A stretch of DNA of 62,945 nucleotides, the filler included, from Reticulomyxa filosa (Eukaryota > Protista > Foraminifera): NCBI GenBank assembly GCA_000512085.1. It is 19 parts of 19 records of this genome, joined end to end, with 100 filler letters (N's around TTAATTAATTAA, not from the genome) between each part and the next. Parts side by side here need not be neighbours in the genome. Positions count along the whole stretch, not along the records: positions 24,026 to 30,005 come from ASPP01018516.1; positions 30,106 to 31,593 come from ASPP01012071.1; positions 31,694 to 36,968 come from ASPP01027384.1; positions 37,069 to 40,129 come from ASPP01020392.1; 15 more parts are not named here. The stretch is one strand, 5' to 3'. Positions 26,420 to 39,593 of this stretch are shown here, piece after piece. Both the position numbers and the translations under genes were made by a program. A model generated the notes under the pieces. The model was not told the origin of the DNA. It saw only the letters and a list, made by a program, of their open reading frames with translations, and searched no databases. Within the stretch, counting starts at the first letter, position 1; every line of letters starts with the position of its first letter.

Positions 26420-29400
26420 CTAAAATTCATCAGCCCAATTTAGCAACGAGGGATTGTTGATTGGCTCCTCTTCTTCTTGAGGCGGTTCAACTTTTTCAAA
26501 GTTACTTAAGTCAGTTTCTGAAGTTATAGTTGGAAGATAAGGAGCAGTGAGTTCTCTTTTTTCCATCTTTTGCCAATCAAAGCCCTTTAGTAACGGAGAA
26601 CAGTCAAAGCAATTTGTTCTTTTAAACAGAAATGAACAATACGTATAACTATATATGTACACATCTAGTTTACTTTGAAGAAGGAATGCCGTTTAATGTC
26701 GTTTGCTCCTTGTGCTGAACCTAATCTTCGATACGCATTTTTTTCTAACAATTTTTCAATAATATCTCGAAATTCTGCAGAACAATTTTTTGGAAAGGTA
26801 CAATTATAACCAATTATTTTTTGATACATTTTCACGTGCTCATCATCTTCGAAAGGTGGGTGTCCCACAACCATTTCGTACAGTAAAATGCCTAACGTCC
26901 ACCAATCCACAGCAAACCCTTGCACCCAGCCGTGAACAAGTTCCGGAGCGAGGTATTGAGGTGTTCCACACAAAGTTGTTGTCCTAATCAGAGACAAACA
27001 AAAAAAGTGTTGCTTTTGTGAATTATACACTCTTCACAAGAAAACAGTGAAAATGAAAAGACAGCGTGTGCACATACACATTTCTTTTCTTTGCGAAACC
27101 AAAATCGGTAATCATGAGGTAACCATTAGCATCGATTAAAAGCTAAAAAAAAAAAAAAAGATTTGAATTTGTACACACAAACAAAACAAAAAAAGTACAA
27201 CAATTTGTGTTTTGAAAGTCAAACATTTTCTGGTTTGAGATCTCTGTAAATGATGTCTTTGGAGTGGATATGCTCAAATGCCAACACGACACACGCACAA
27301 TAAAAGCGTGAATTTTCTTCGTCGAATGTCTGGTTGTGTCTCAATACTGTGTACAATTCTCCACCCAAAACCATCGACTGCAAAAAAAATACAGAAATTT
27401 GCGTTTTGTACGTTGCGTATCTATCAGGAGTTTCAAAAAAAAAAAAAAAAAAAAGGGGAGGGGATGAGAGGGACATCAATTCATAAATGTCGTATATAAT
27501 TTTCCAACATATACAAGAATTTCAACCCCAAAGAGGGGGCTAAAATGAACAAACAAGCAAAAAAAAGACTAAACAATTTGACACAAAAAGGAGAATCCAA
27601 TACGCTCATGACTCTTTTTTCATTAATAATGTGACCAATTTGTCCAGTGCTGATAACCTTTCTTTTGGACACTTCTTTCAAGGCAAAGATTTGTTTGGTT
27701 TTGCTTTCGCGAACCAACGACACTTTTCCAAATGAACCATAGCCAACCAAGTCGAGAACTTCAAAGTCTTCCAGTCGAAACGGCACTCGATTTTCGAACT
27801 CGGAGGGGAGTTCGGCGTTGATAAGATCATCTGTGCCGTGGAAATGGGATCCTTGGGAAGCCATAATCAATCGAAAGTCGTCATGGGCGATACGTAGCAC
27901 CTTAATTTCTGTGCCCTGTGCACGCGCAGAAGAAATGACCCATTCGTCGTTTGTCGTTTGATACAATTTCCTTCCAAAGACGTCACCTTCGTTATACTCA
28001 TCTTGTCCAAGCATTAAGCTCGTGTCAACAGATCCGTTGGGCGGCGCTTTCTCAGCCACCACACAGCCCTTTTTTTTTTTCCGAGTCCAAACCAATCAAA
28101 AAAAAAATTTTTTTTTTTTAGATGCATTCGCATTTCGTGATCTTGTATATAGTGGCATAGTAGCAAGTAAAAAACAAACAAACAAATAACAAAAAAAAAA
28201 GTAAATTAGAACTGATTGAATAATAAAGACATCGTCACACACGACATCAGGCTTCAATATTTCTTGGTCATGCCGGTATACCTGGGCCCAGCATGCATGA
28301 GTCAGGTTTAATAATTCATGATCTTCCAACTTTGCTAGTTTTTTTTTTTTTTTGGATATGTGGTTAAAAAGGAGGAGGAAGAATTTTTTTTTTTAAAAAT
28401 CCGACGTTGCACATTATAAAAAAAAAAATAATAATAATAAATAAATAAATGAAACATAACGTTAACCAAAAAGAGATATGCTTTGCAATAAATTTTTTCT
28501 CTGTTCAAAGCGCTCGACGTTCCACTGCGCCATTTTTTGACGAATGTCGTGGAAATCGGCAGCTTCCAAGCCCCAGACGGTGGACGGCTCGAACGCCTTG
28601 AGCGTGGCCGTGCGAGGGGTATGGTACAGTAACGCATATTCCCCGACAGCGTCTTTGGATCCGGCTTCTCCGACTTTGATTTCGGTCCCGTCTTCTTCTT
28701 CTTCTTCTTCTTCTCTCACAAAGATTTCAAACTTGCCTTTTTCAATCAGATAGAAGGCATCGCCGACTTCCCCTTGGGTGATTAATACCTCGTTGGGTTG
28801 CAACTGCACTGGTTTCATCAAATGCACCAATTTCGAGAGCATTCTCTCTCTTTGCTCGTCGTCTACACTGAAGAACAGATCGTTGGTTCGCAAAGCGTTT
28901 TTCAAAAACTATTCATTCATTCATTCATTCATTTGACTTAACGTATCAAAACGTTTTGAAAAAAAATAAAAAAAATAAAAAAAGTTTAGTCTTTTGATAT
29001 ATGGCAAAATAAACGGAAAAAAACAACTAACTAAACATCCACTGGTTTTTCCAGACCTTCTTTGACCAAATCGCTGAACTTTCTCTTTGGAGACATGATG
29101 CTGCTGTCTCTGCTCAATAGTGTCGGCCTGCTGCTGATCAGCGTAGGGCGCTTGCCCAAGGCCACATTGAAATATCTCGTGTCCCGTCTGCGCTTCCCAA
29201 ATCGACTCAGCTCCGTTTCATCCCCTACGTTCGAGAGGGTCGTCGGTATTCGTCCCTACATCGTGAAGGGTCAACAACAACATAAACTTCAAGTTTTTTT
29301 TTTTATAATTAATTTTTTTTTTTTAATTTTAAAAACTATCACGCTTCCCCCCCCTCCCCCCTTCCTCCTCTCTTCTTCTTCTGCATTATTGTTTGGAACA

Positions 29401-30005
29401 TACAAGTTGTATCAACACATCCTTTGGCGTAATGATCTTTTTGAATGCTGTTTCACTGATATCTTCTTTGATGTCTTCACCAATCTTTTCTAAATGAAGT
29501 GCAGACTATTGTAACATACAAAATGTACGTATACTTTCTGTGAATGCTTTATATGCAATCAAGTTTGTTAAAAAAAAAAAAAAAAAAAAATGTAGCAAAA
29601 CTGTTTGGCTGTCATTGGAACGGATCTTCAGCACTTCAGGCATTTGTGATAGTGACGACTCAGTGACAAGTGGAGGGGGAGGTGATTTGCCAACCCATTT
29701 GAAGTGTTTGGTCTGGTTATCACTCGTAACGAGGGATGTACGTCCACTGGTGATGATTGTCATGTCTTTGTCTCGCTCTTGCGAATCACCGATCGAATAC
29801 TCCTCCTCTTCTTTCATCAAATCTGCTCGATCTACCGTCAAAGTCTCTGTGTGAGTGTACCCTTTGAAAGGTGGGGATTTTTTCGATTGTGTTTTCGTTT
29901 TGTCGTGGGAACGAGTGTATTGACCGTCATCGCTACCTGTCTCACCTTTGTTCATTATAGGCATTATTATTTTTTGGGATATCACATCTTTGTCATTGTC
30001 ATTGT
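26420..30005 (-). CDS. PKG: cGMP-dependent protein kinase-like (two CNB domains + AGC kinase), 5'-partial, many exons
   Basis: CNB cassette GEYALLYHTPRTAT; kinase motifs GYGSFG, FALKE, YRDLKPEN, DFG and CGTPQYLAPE; AGC tail SNFE...WADEF-stop. Confidence 0.88.
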
Positions 30006-30105
30006 NNNNNNNNNNNNNNNNNNNNNNNNNNNNNNNNNNNNNNNNNNNNTTAATTAATTAANNNNNNNNNNNNNNNNNNNNNNNNNNNNNNNNNNNNNNN
30101 NNNNN

Positions 30106-30149
<44 letters not shown>

Positions 30150-30589
30150 GATAATAACAAATAAATAAATATATATATATATATATATATATACCATATA
30201 TACATACATATATATATTTATTGTTATTATTATTATGAACAAAATCAAAACTTGAACACGGTATCTTGCGACAAACAAATCATCTTGGTCAGAAACGGTC
30301 AAGTAAAAAGCGCAGTATCCGTCTTGGAGTTCCTCCATCCGCTTGCACATAACTCCAACTTAAAGCGATGGTTTTCTTTTTCTACGTTGGCTTCAATCAC
30401 TCCACGCTTATCACCCTTCGGAGCCAACTTGGCAATGTGCAAGGAACGGTTATCGATTTTCCAGTTTATAAAATGTGTCACCGAGCTCGTTTTTGTTTCC
30501 ACCGACATCTCCTCTTCCGTGTTACGTGATGTCTCATTTTGCCCGTCCTTGCTGCCGCAACGCCCATCTCCGTTGCTATTGCTATTCAC
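30106..30589 (-). CDS. MATH-domain protein fragment with a 1-nt frameshift at 30324-30325
   Basis: HFINWKID...RFKLELCASGWRNSK + DGYCAFYLTV forms the MATH beta-sandwich pattern when one A is restored. Confidence 0.65.
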
Positions 30590-31210
30590 CTGACTTACTC
30601 CAGTCAGGTTACCTCCGGAGTTGCCGCTATTACGCTTTTGTTTGTTTGTTTGTTTGTTTATTTGTTTGTTTTTGTTTTGGTCATGCCGTTCCCGATAAAG
30701 TAAATACGTATATTTATATATTCACCGAAAGGTAGTTGTCTTCTTGTGAAATCAAGTCTGGCATTGGCTCAAAAGAAGAGTGCATTTCTATTTTGTCTTT
30801 TGATTACTATCAAAGTCGAAAATCAGACCAATTCAACCTTCACAGCAACTCAAATGTAAATTCTTTAAGCGCTCGTGAATTAAACACACAAAAACACTAC
30901 GGTAAAAGGGGAAATGTCTTGACGAGTGACGCACTATTTTCTGTTTTTTTGAAATTATTTTTAAGTTGACTGACAATGTCTTGCAAAATAGTCAATGCCT
31001 TGGCAAGAAAAACATTGTTTAAATAATGTTTTGAGTTATAACGCGTCCGCCATCTTTTTTTGTGCAATCCAGTGTCAATATCACTATAGTATTAACACTC
31101 TAGTTTTTTGTTGAGCAAAAACATAATTACCTGTGTTAAAAACAGTGGCAACCAAAGCTCAGTTGGGGTATAACTTGAACTTTGGAGGGAAAAAAAAGAT
31201 TAATGAAATA

Positions 31211-31593
31211 ATGTCGTCCAATCGTTCAAAAATATTAAAACAAAGCCAAGATATATATAGACCACAACAAAGGTATTGGTTCTTTTTTTGTTATTGTTGT
31301 GATATGTAATGATGTGATCTAATTGGCTGTTTTGAACTGTAACGATTGTGAAAGACGTGGGGGACAAAATGAATCAAATCAAAAGAAGATATTCCGACCA
31401 CGCGAGCCAACAAATGATGAGTTATCCCAAAAAGAGAAAGCTCAAAAAGCCAAAGAATACGCAGCGAAGCAGCGACAACTATTAGAAGAAAAAAGAAAAG
31501 CCGAGGAAATAGAAAAAGAAAGACAACGACAACTGCAACTCGAGCGTCAAAAAGTTCATTTTTTTTAAAAAAATTTTGCCCTTTTTTTTTTTT
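31211..31593 (+). CDS. Charged coiled-coil hypothetical protein, 3'-partial
   Basis: ATG 31211, one intron, E/K/Q/R-rich exon 2. Confidence 0.5.
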
Positions 31594-31693
31594 NNNNNNN
31601 NNNNNNNNNNNNNNNNNNNNNNNNNNNNNNNNNNNNNTTAATTAATTAANNNNNNNNNNNNNNNNNNNNNNNNNNNNNNNNNNNNNNNNNNNN

Positions 31694-32170
31694 TGCTGAA
31701 TAGTGGTTTCTATGAGGTATCTGTTTTTTTTTTTTTTTTAAAAAAAAAAATAATAATATTATAAATATAGAGCTACCAACCAATTGAAAAACATAGCATT
31801 GGATCTTTTTATTTCTAACAAGTTCATTCCAGATATCCATCAAATCGTCATCATTGTCAATTTGATCATCATTGCTGTCTTTTCTTACGAAAAGAAATGT
31901 TGATGCGGGTGCCAATTTCAGTTGATCTTTGGTTGTCTGCAACAACTGTTGCCAATTTGCCTCTTTTGCTGCTTCTGACATTCGTCCATCTTCTCTTAAT
32001 TGACTTGGCCTGAAAATTAATCTTTCATTGCCACAGGATTCAATTACAAAGTGTTTATCCTTATTTGTTTTTTTAGAGTAAAAAGGGTTGTTCCAATAGT
32101 GCTCGTTTTTTAAGCTTGGCTCCAGCTTGTTTTTTTCCTTGAACGTTTTCAAGACAAAGATAACAAACCA
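31694..32170 (-). CDS. Hypothetical protein exon with PB1-like acidic motif (QIDNDDDL), partial
   Basis: Open frame of about 125 codons ending at a GT donor followed by a T/A tract. Confidence 0.45.
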
Positions 32171-33107
32171 GTTTTGATATGCTTGGATTATGAATTTGTT
32201 GAGGTGCTCCTGTCAACACAAAGTAAAGAAGAGCAATAATAATACTTATTAATTTGTGGGCACCTGTTGAAACAAAAAAAGGACTTTTTAAACAATTGAG
32301 CGTCACTAATGAATTGTCAATGCTTTCAATTGTTATTACAACTGTTCAGGTAAAAAAAGACACAAAGAAACAGTAACCTCAAAAACTACGAAGGTGTAAG
32401 TATAGTTTTTAAAAACCTTTATTCTGTGGAGTTCTACATAAACATTTGAAATTGATACTATCAATGAGGTAAATATTACATGTTTTCTTACAAAATTTGC
32501 AAATCATATGCAATAAAAGTGTTTGTTCAAAGCAAACAATTTCAACAATACTACAACATAGAGGTAGATATGAGTATTGTGAAACACTAATTAATTTTTA
32601 TCAAATGCAAAAGGAGTTGACATCAGTAGTTGTCAACTAACTTCAAAAACTCTGGTTATGAGTTGTTTTGTGTTTGGAGTTTGTTTTTGAGAGAATTTTA
32701 TCCAACATATTAGTTGTCTAGTACAGTGAATTCGTTTTATTAAATTGCTGAATGATATTGAGCTCTATTTGCATTATTTTTGTGTCTTCAACATTGTTTG
32801 TACTAATTCTGGAAATATTTTGCGCCCATTCCTAAGAAGTGTCGCAACACTTTTGTGATGTGACTATTTTTGCAATGTATGCCCTGTTAAGTAGCTGAGC
32901 ATTTTTTTCTAAAGCTTAAAAATAAGCTGTTTAATGAAATTAAGTAATTTATTGAGAAAAGACAAATTGAAGAAGCCGTTTTTCCCATAGAAATGAAAGA
33001 AGCGTGACAGAGAAGATATTACGAGTGACAACTTATAATAAAAAAATGCTTTTGCCCCCACTTTTTTCCACAGCTAAGGGAAATCATTTAGTTTTTTTTT
33101 TGTCCCC

Positions 33108-33980
33108 TTAAACAACCAATCGATAAGTGACATATCTCCCAGCTGTCTCTGAAGGGCGAATAATTTTAACCACTTGTCCTCTCTTTAAACCAAAGTATCT
33201 TGCCACTGGATCAAGTTTTTGAATTCGTGGCAATTGTGACTCTTTGAGAGCGTATTTCGTAAGTAAATTCTTTTTTTCCGCTTCTGTCATAACAATATGT
33301 TTAGGGACTAACTGATGCTTTGTTATGTTTATCATCAACTCGCTTTGTTTGAACGTTTCAATTGTCAGCGCTTCGTTTAATCTCTCTAACACTTTGCTTG
33401 CAAATGGTGTTATGTCGTGTAATGCCACTATTATTCCACGCGTTATTTCTCTTCTTTGCATTACTTCTGTCACACTTTTTTTAAAAAATCAATTAAACAA
33501 AAAAATCCACTTTTTATTTCCTCCTCTTTCTTCATAAAAAAAAAGGGTCTCACGATGTTCATTTTTGGATAAATAACTAACCTTCGAATAGAATCGACCC
33601 CCAATTTTTCTTCCTCAATAAAAGAGACAAATATCGTGTTGCTTTGGTTGTCTTTGTGTTCTACAAGTATTTGAAACTTTTGGCGGTTCCTATGTTTTTA
33701 TTTGTTTGTTTTCTTTGTTTTGTTTGAACTCTTATTACTTATTATCTATTTCCGTGTATCGAAACTGGCCGTTAGCCATCCAATCCTCTTTAAATTGGGC
33801 AAAACTTTTTTGCAAGTCATCTTCAGCGATCACATAACCACGGTCAGAGAGCATCTACAACGAAAGAATCAATAGCAAAAAAGTTTGACCCAAGACTTAA
33901 ATAGTAACAAATAACTTAACTTCATTCACTGTCTTCCAGCATTTAAAAAAATTTCTTACTTCTGTTTCTTCTTGGGCCAT
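33108..33980 (-). CDS. RPB5: DNA-directed RNA polymerases I/II/III subunit RPB5; four exons (33980-33921, 33854-33739, 33689-33582, 33474-33108)
   Basis: [19 protein letters not shown] and [41 protein letters not shown]; three in-phase GT-AG introns. Confidence 0.97.
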
Positions 33981-34753
33981 CTGTTTCGTTCAGGAAGACT
34001 TTTATGCGTGGATGAAGTTAATGATCTTTTCCAAAAAATTTTGGAATGCCCTCTCTTTTGAGAGTGCACGTACGAAAGACAAAGTTTAAGAAATTCTTGA
34101 GCAAAAAGTTTTTAATTTCCACATTGTTAGACGATTTGATAAACTTATCATAGTCAGAGGTCGAATTTTATATTTATTCGATAAGTAACAATTTAGTCAA
34201 TTTTAGGCATATCTTGAATTACATTTAGGTCTTTGTAACTCAGCAAATATACAAAAAGAATACAAGATTACACATAAAAATCCACGAACAAAAAACTTTA
34301 TCATTATTGTGCGATTTATCAAGAAAATTTCAGAGCGCACTCAATTTGCTGTGATTATGATCATCCAAAAAAAAAAATATGATCATCACAGTCTGCTTTA
34401 TATAAAAAAGTCAAATCTGAATTTATTGTTTCAAGCAACTTACGTACAAATTTTGATTTATAAGATTATCTTCATTTAAGTGATAATATTTTAATTAATA
34501 CTTTTTTTTTAGGTTCATTTACTGCTTTTAATTTTTAGTAAATTTATATAATCTAACAAATTACAACCTCTTAAAGTTATCATTTGACTTCAATTGCATG
34601 TTTTTCTTAATAACTCAATGCATTTTCATACAATCTGCTTTTTTAATAAGTTGATGTAGTATGACTGGCAATGGCTTGTCACAATCTAGCCCAATGTCTT
34701 TCTTGTTAAAAGGGCTTCTAATAGCAAAATATATTAGATTTAGATTCCAAAGC

Positions 34754-36968
34754 ATGGGCGCTTGTGCAAGTACTTCACAAGATCTAATGAATGAAGATGC
34801 GATCTTTCAAAAATACAAGCTCGATAAAGTTACTGAAAGACAAGGATGTAAGGGGGAGTGTGAACAGAAAAACAGTGGCCTTGCAACACAAAAAATTGTA
34901 TGACAATCGAACTTGACACAAACAATAAAGATTCCATTTGAAAAATGGAGTACAGAGCAAGTATATCAATGGATATTAAGTTGTGAAAATGGGAAATTGA
35001 GACACACAGCGAAGCACTTTAAGCGAGAGCAAATTGATGGTTCGTTGTTGCTGTGGATAACAGATGAGCATTTACGAAATGACTTGAAGATGAAAAGTTT
35101 AAAAGATCGATTGCGTTTCCAAAAAGCATTATTGAATCTGTGTTGCAAAGAAACAAAGAATGGTTTGTACCATCAGTCGAAAAGTACAAAACCAAGCAAA
35201 GAAAGAAAAGTATTCTCGTAAGCAAAAGTGCCGATGGCATGAAATGTCCGTCCTCTTCGTTTCCGAACCAATCACACCCACAGCAAGAGAAGCAAAAGCA
35301 GTTGCCATTAGGAGAAGGTATCGAAAACAACTCGTCTACCAATAGCATTCAATTTCAGCACTTGGACATAAGTAGCGATCACCAAAGTAGTACGATTGTC
35401 CAAGAGTCCCTTTCAAATCAAACCACTAGTCATCCGGTTTTGAGTTATACGTCCACAAGAAATTTCACTGACTTAACGACAGTGCGCTTTTCCAAATATT
35501 CCAATACGTCGTCTGCTTCTTCTTCTTCTTCTTCTAAAAAAGTGGTCGCAGAACAACGAAATTCCAATTCTTTGATTATCTCATCAGTTTTGATTTATTT
35601 ATATACATATAAATATAAACATACATTACATATGTATATAAATCGAGAAACAAACCAAATAAATAAACACTGGTACGTATACGGAATGAAAAAGCATCCG
35701 ATGCGCAATATGAAGGGCAGCAACAACAACAGCGAACGACAAGCTTGTCAAAGTGGAACCGATGGCGAGCGAGAGAATGCGAATTTGTCAGTGGTCAACG
35801 ACAATGAATGGAGTGAAGAGGACGCGGAAGTGGTGGACATGGACACATCCAAATGCAATGCCAACTTCCAAAAGGTATTGGCTCCTCCGGATGAGCTGAA
35901 GCCAACCCTTACTACAGCTTCTTCATCCAATGTCGCTATTACAGCCACAAACGCAAATCATTCTGATCCTTCACTTGCGGATCATTATCAGTCGGTCAAT
36001 GTACTTCACATTTCGCGTGATTACCTCACCGTTCGTTTTTCGTTTCCCTTTTTTTTTTTTTCCCCTTCCGCAATCTCGTATTTAACTTTGCCAGCACACT
36101 ATAGCAATTACATTTCCACAAACAAAAAAAAAAAAAAAAAGGAAGGCCAATCAACATGAAGACAAAGAATTCGAAGAGGAAATTGCAAAAAAAGAAACCA
36201 GTCCAGTGCCGCTTTACCATCACAAAAGTTTGTTATCCCAGAGCATGTCACAATTGCCAAAAAGTATTGTTATCATTATCCTTATCTAAAAAAAAAAAAA
36301 AATTAAAAAAAAAAACTAAAAAAAAAAAAAAGTTTGAAATGAAAACAGTGAATGGACGTGCACCTGAGTGGGGAGATGTTGACACTGAACACACATCTTT
36401 GCTTCAAGAAAAAAGCACGCCTCGGATGTGGGAGAGCGATCCTAAAGTTAACACTAGTGTGAACATGCAAATTATGTAACGTATGAAAAAAAAAAAAAAA
36501 AGGGGACTTGAAACACGGGAATGGCAATAGGAATGCAGATTAGCGTACGAATTGGCGCGGACATTTCACAGCAGACTGTCAATACTGGAGACTCAAGCAC
36601 GACAAAAGCTGCGTCTGGTCCAAGGATATAACGGATATTTTGGAAAGGATATCTTTGAACATATGCAGCACATGAAAATGGACTGTTGTCTAGTGCAGAA
36701 TTTAATGTCACTGCCATCCGTGGAAAGTTTGCCTCCTTCGAAGAATAGCAGTGGCACACTAAAATTCTTGAAATTGAATCCGAAAACGGCTGGCTATAAC
36801 AATGGTCATTGTATTCACAAAGACAAGCATTGCTGCTTTGTCAACTGCGAGCTGTTATTGAACCACGGCTATTTCACTTGCGTCGGACAAAAAACACGCG
36901 GTCGAAAAGTACCATCTCGGTCACATTCTCCTGTCTTCACGTTTTCTTCCACTAAATATACCATTTAT
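34754..36968 (+). CDS. N-acylated (MGACAS) SAM-domain protein with long disordered tail, 3'-partial
   Basis: Intron 34829-34930 joins KYKLDK to IPFEKWSTEQVYQWI...FKREQIDGSLLLWITDEHLRNDLKM (SAM). Frame change near 35155; further introns, e.g. 36031-36145. Confidence 0.75.
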
Positions 36969-37068
36969 NNNNNNNNNNNNNNNNNNNNNNNNNNNNNNNN
37001 NNNNNNNNNNNNTTAATTAATTAANNNNNNNNNNNNNNNNNNNNNNNNNNNNNNNNNNNNNNNNNNNN

Positions 37069-39284
37069 ATTCCAATTTCAATTCCAATTCCAATTTCAAT
37101 TCCAATTCCAATACCAATACCAATATTAATGTTAACATATCATCCCCGTCCAATCGCGTGGGCAGTGTCTCCGACCAAGCGAGCTTGAGTGGTGTCTTCG
37201 ACAAAACGCTGCAATCAGTAGTCGATGGCACCATGTCATCCAATCGACAGAACAGCACATTGTCTCCGTCGCCACAGCCCAAATCCAAGTCTTCCAAATC
37301 TCTGCTAAAAATTGGAAGCGACGAGCTGCTCAAACAAAAGAAAATGGCCGACGAAAAAGATAAAGATAAGGAAAAAGATAAAGATAAAGAAAAAGATAAG
37401 GAAAAAGATAAGGAAAAAGATAAAGAACGAAGCAATAAAGTAAAAACTGGACCGACAAAAGAAGACGTAATTATCGAAGAAAATGAACGAACCAAACAGG
37501 AAATGCCTTTGCAAACAACAACAAGCAAACTTGCAAATCGCAGCAACGCGTATTCAACGTATACACACCAGTCTTCGCCGAGCATTAGCGCAGGGTCGAC
37601 CATGTCGGTGTACTATTATGCTCACACTCCAAAGGGTCCCTCGCAACATATCACCAAGACGACGAGCAGTCATTTGATTCGCAACAACAGCAATCTCAAC
37701 AATCCCAATGACCGAGTTGGGATTGCCAATGTCGCCACTAAAAATGGCAGCGATCGTGGCCAGACGAAACGGTGGCCGCAATACATTGTCGGTGGAAGCG
37801 GCATCAGTCGTGGAGGCTCTGCCAAGTTCAAACATGCCTCGTCCTTACGGGTCATGGATATTGACGTCACTGATATCGACGACGCTGACTTTGGTGACGA
37901 CATGCTGCCATCTCACGGACCTGGGCATGGCGATACAGTGGCCGATCGCACGTTGAAAGAATACGTTATGTTGATGCTCTTATTGCCTGTTGCGACACAT
38001 CGCTGGTCGAGGCAAGGATTAATTGAAGGTGTTGCCAGGGCTATGCGATGTGACGTTGCTCGGTTTGTTTTTGTTTTTTGTAATACCAAGTGAAAGTGAA
38101 TGCGGTTATATAACATTTAAAAACGTATACTTCATGTACGTGCCAAAGGTTCAAATTTAGCAAAGTCACGCCAATTGGAGACAATTACAGCTACGTTCGA
38201 TTGATTTGTCGGTGTGAAGAGACCGAAGTATTGCGGTTGAAGTCAATCTTTGAACTGGTCTTTTTAAGCGAACAACTGCAAACATGCTTAGAAGATTCCT
38301 TGGGACATCGCAAACTCCGAATTCATATTGCCTGCGCTCTATCCTTTGACAGTAAAATTCTTGGCAAAATCTATGATAAGAAATTGATCTATGTATTGAG
38401 GCAATTACCAGATGGATTTGTCAAACACGGAAATGTTAAAAGGTACATTCAAATTTTTTTTTATTTTTAAGATTGCAATGCTCTCATGGCTCCAATTTTG
38501 TTTTGTCACTAACAAAGATCGTCACTTCTCTTTGGTATGGATCCAATGACATTGCTGCTGAAGGCAGCAGCAAATAAGAGTAGTCGTCGCGTACTGGCAA
38601 TAGATCAATCGACAAATGCGACATCCGCAGGCTTGGCACAAGTCAGCACACGCAGCCGTGCGAATTCACCGTCGATAACTCACAGTCGTAGACATTCGCT
38701 GAACATATCTCCTTTGGGCACTCCGGTCCATGTCCAGACACCCTCTCCTGGAGGTGCAAACAGCAAGCTGGAGTTGCGGCTTCTCCGATGGCGGAAGACA
38801 TGAACGGAAATGCAGGGGCCAGAACTCTATCACAGCCGCGACTTGCTCGCAATAACAGTATCGACATGGGGGAAGTTGGTCGCTGGCAAGAATGGCAACG
38901 AGAACGAGACGAAAAACATGCTTTGGATGATGCAGCTGCGAACAAAGAAAAAGAATCCGTTTTATCTGCTCCATATATTGAATGTGTGTTCTTTTCAACT
39001 TAATTCATTATTTTTCATTTGTTTGTATTGTTGAAAAGCAAAGTTATTGTTTTCACACATACATGAAAATAGTGCCAGTCCCGAAGATCTTACCTTTGTC
39101 CATGACAACTGAAGAATATCAACAAAAAATGAAAGAGAAAGAAAAAGAAAAGCAAAAACCACCCAACATAAACATTGATGCAGGGACAGTGAGACATGTA
39201 TTGCAACCACAAAGTCCCATTCTTACACCAGAAAATCGGACTATTTTACATTTCCTATCCATTCCCTATAATCCATTAGATTAA
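37069..39284 (+). CDS. Hypothetical largely disordered protein, 5'-partial, multi-exon, frameshift at 38758-38760
   Basis: Consecutive plus-strand ORFs separated by GT-AG introns; (KD/KE)n tract. Confidence 0.55.
37353..37426 (+). repeat. Tandem hexamer-based repeat encoding EKDKDKEKDK...
   Basis: GAAAAA/GATAAA/GATAAG units visible in the sequence. Confidence 0.8.
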
Positions 39285-39593
39285 CGAGACACTCAACATT
39301 TTATTTTCTGAGCACTTTTTTGTGATCAATTGGCGATTTGTTGTGATGTGTTGTCTTGTTTTATGTTTTTTGTTTTTTTTTGTGGGTTTAAAATGCATTT
39401 TGTTTTTTTGGTGTGTCACCAACCAGTCAAAAAAAATCCTGTAGTTTTTTTTTTTTGCAACCAAAATGTGTTAAAGACGAGTTGGACAAAGCAGTATGAA
39501 AATTATGTGCTGCAAATGAAATTACAACTTTTGACAACGATTGATTAATTACAAAAAAGAAAGAAAAAGTTGAGTCTAAATCCAAAATTATTT

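Noticed and set aside
34901-34903. In-frame TGA between the MGACAS leader and the SAM domain (readthrough or selenocysteine)
   Set aside because: It lies inside the phase-0 intron 34829-34930.
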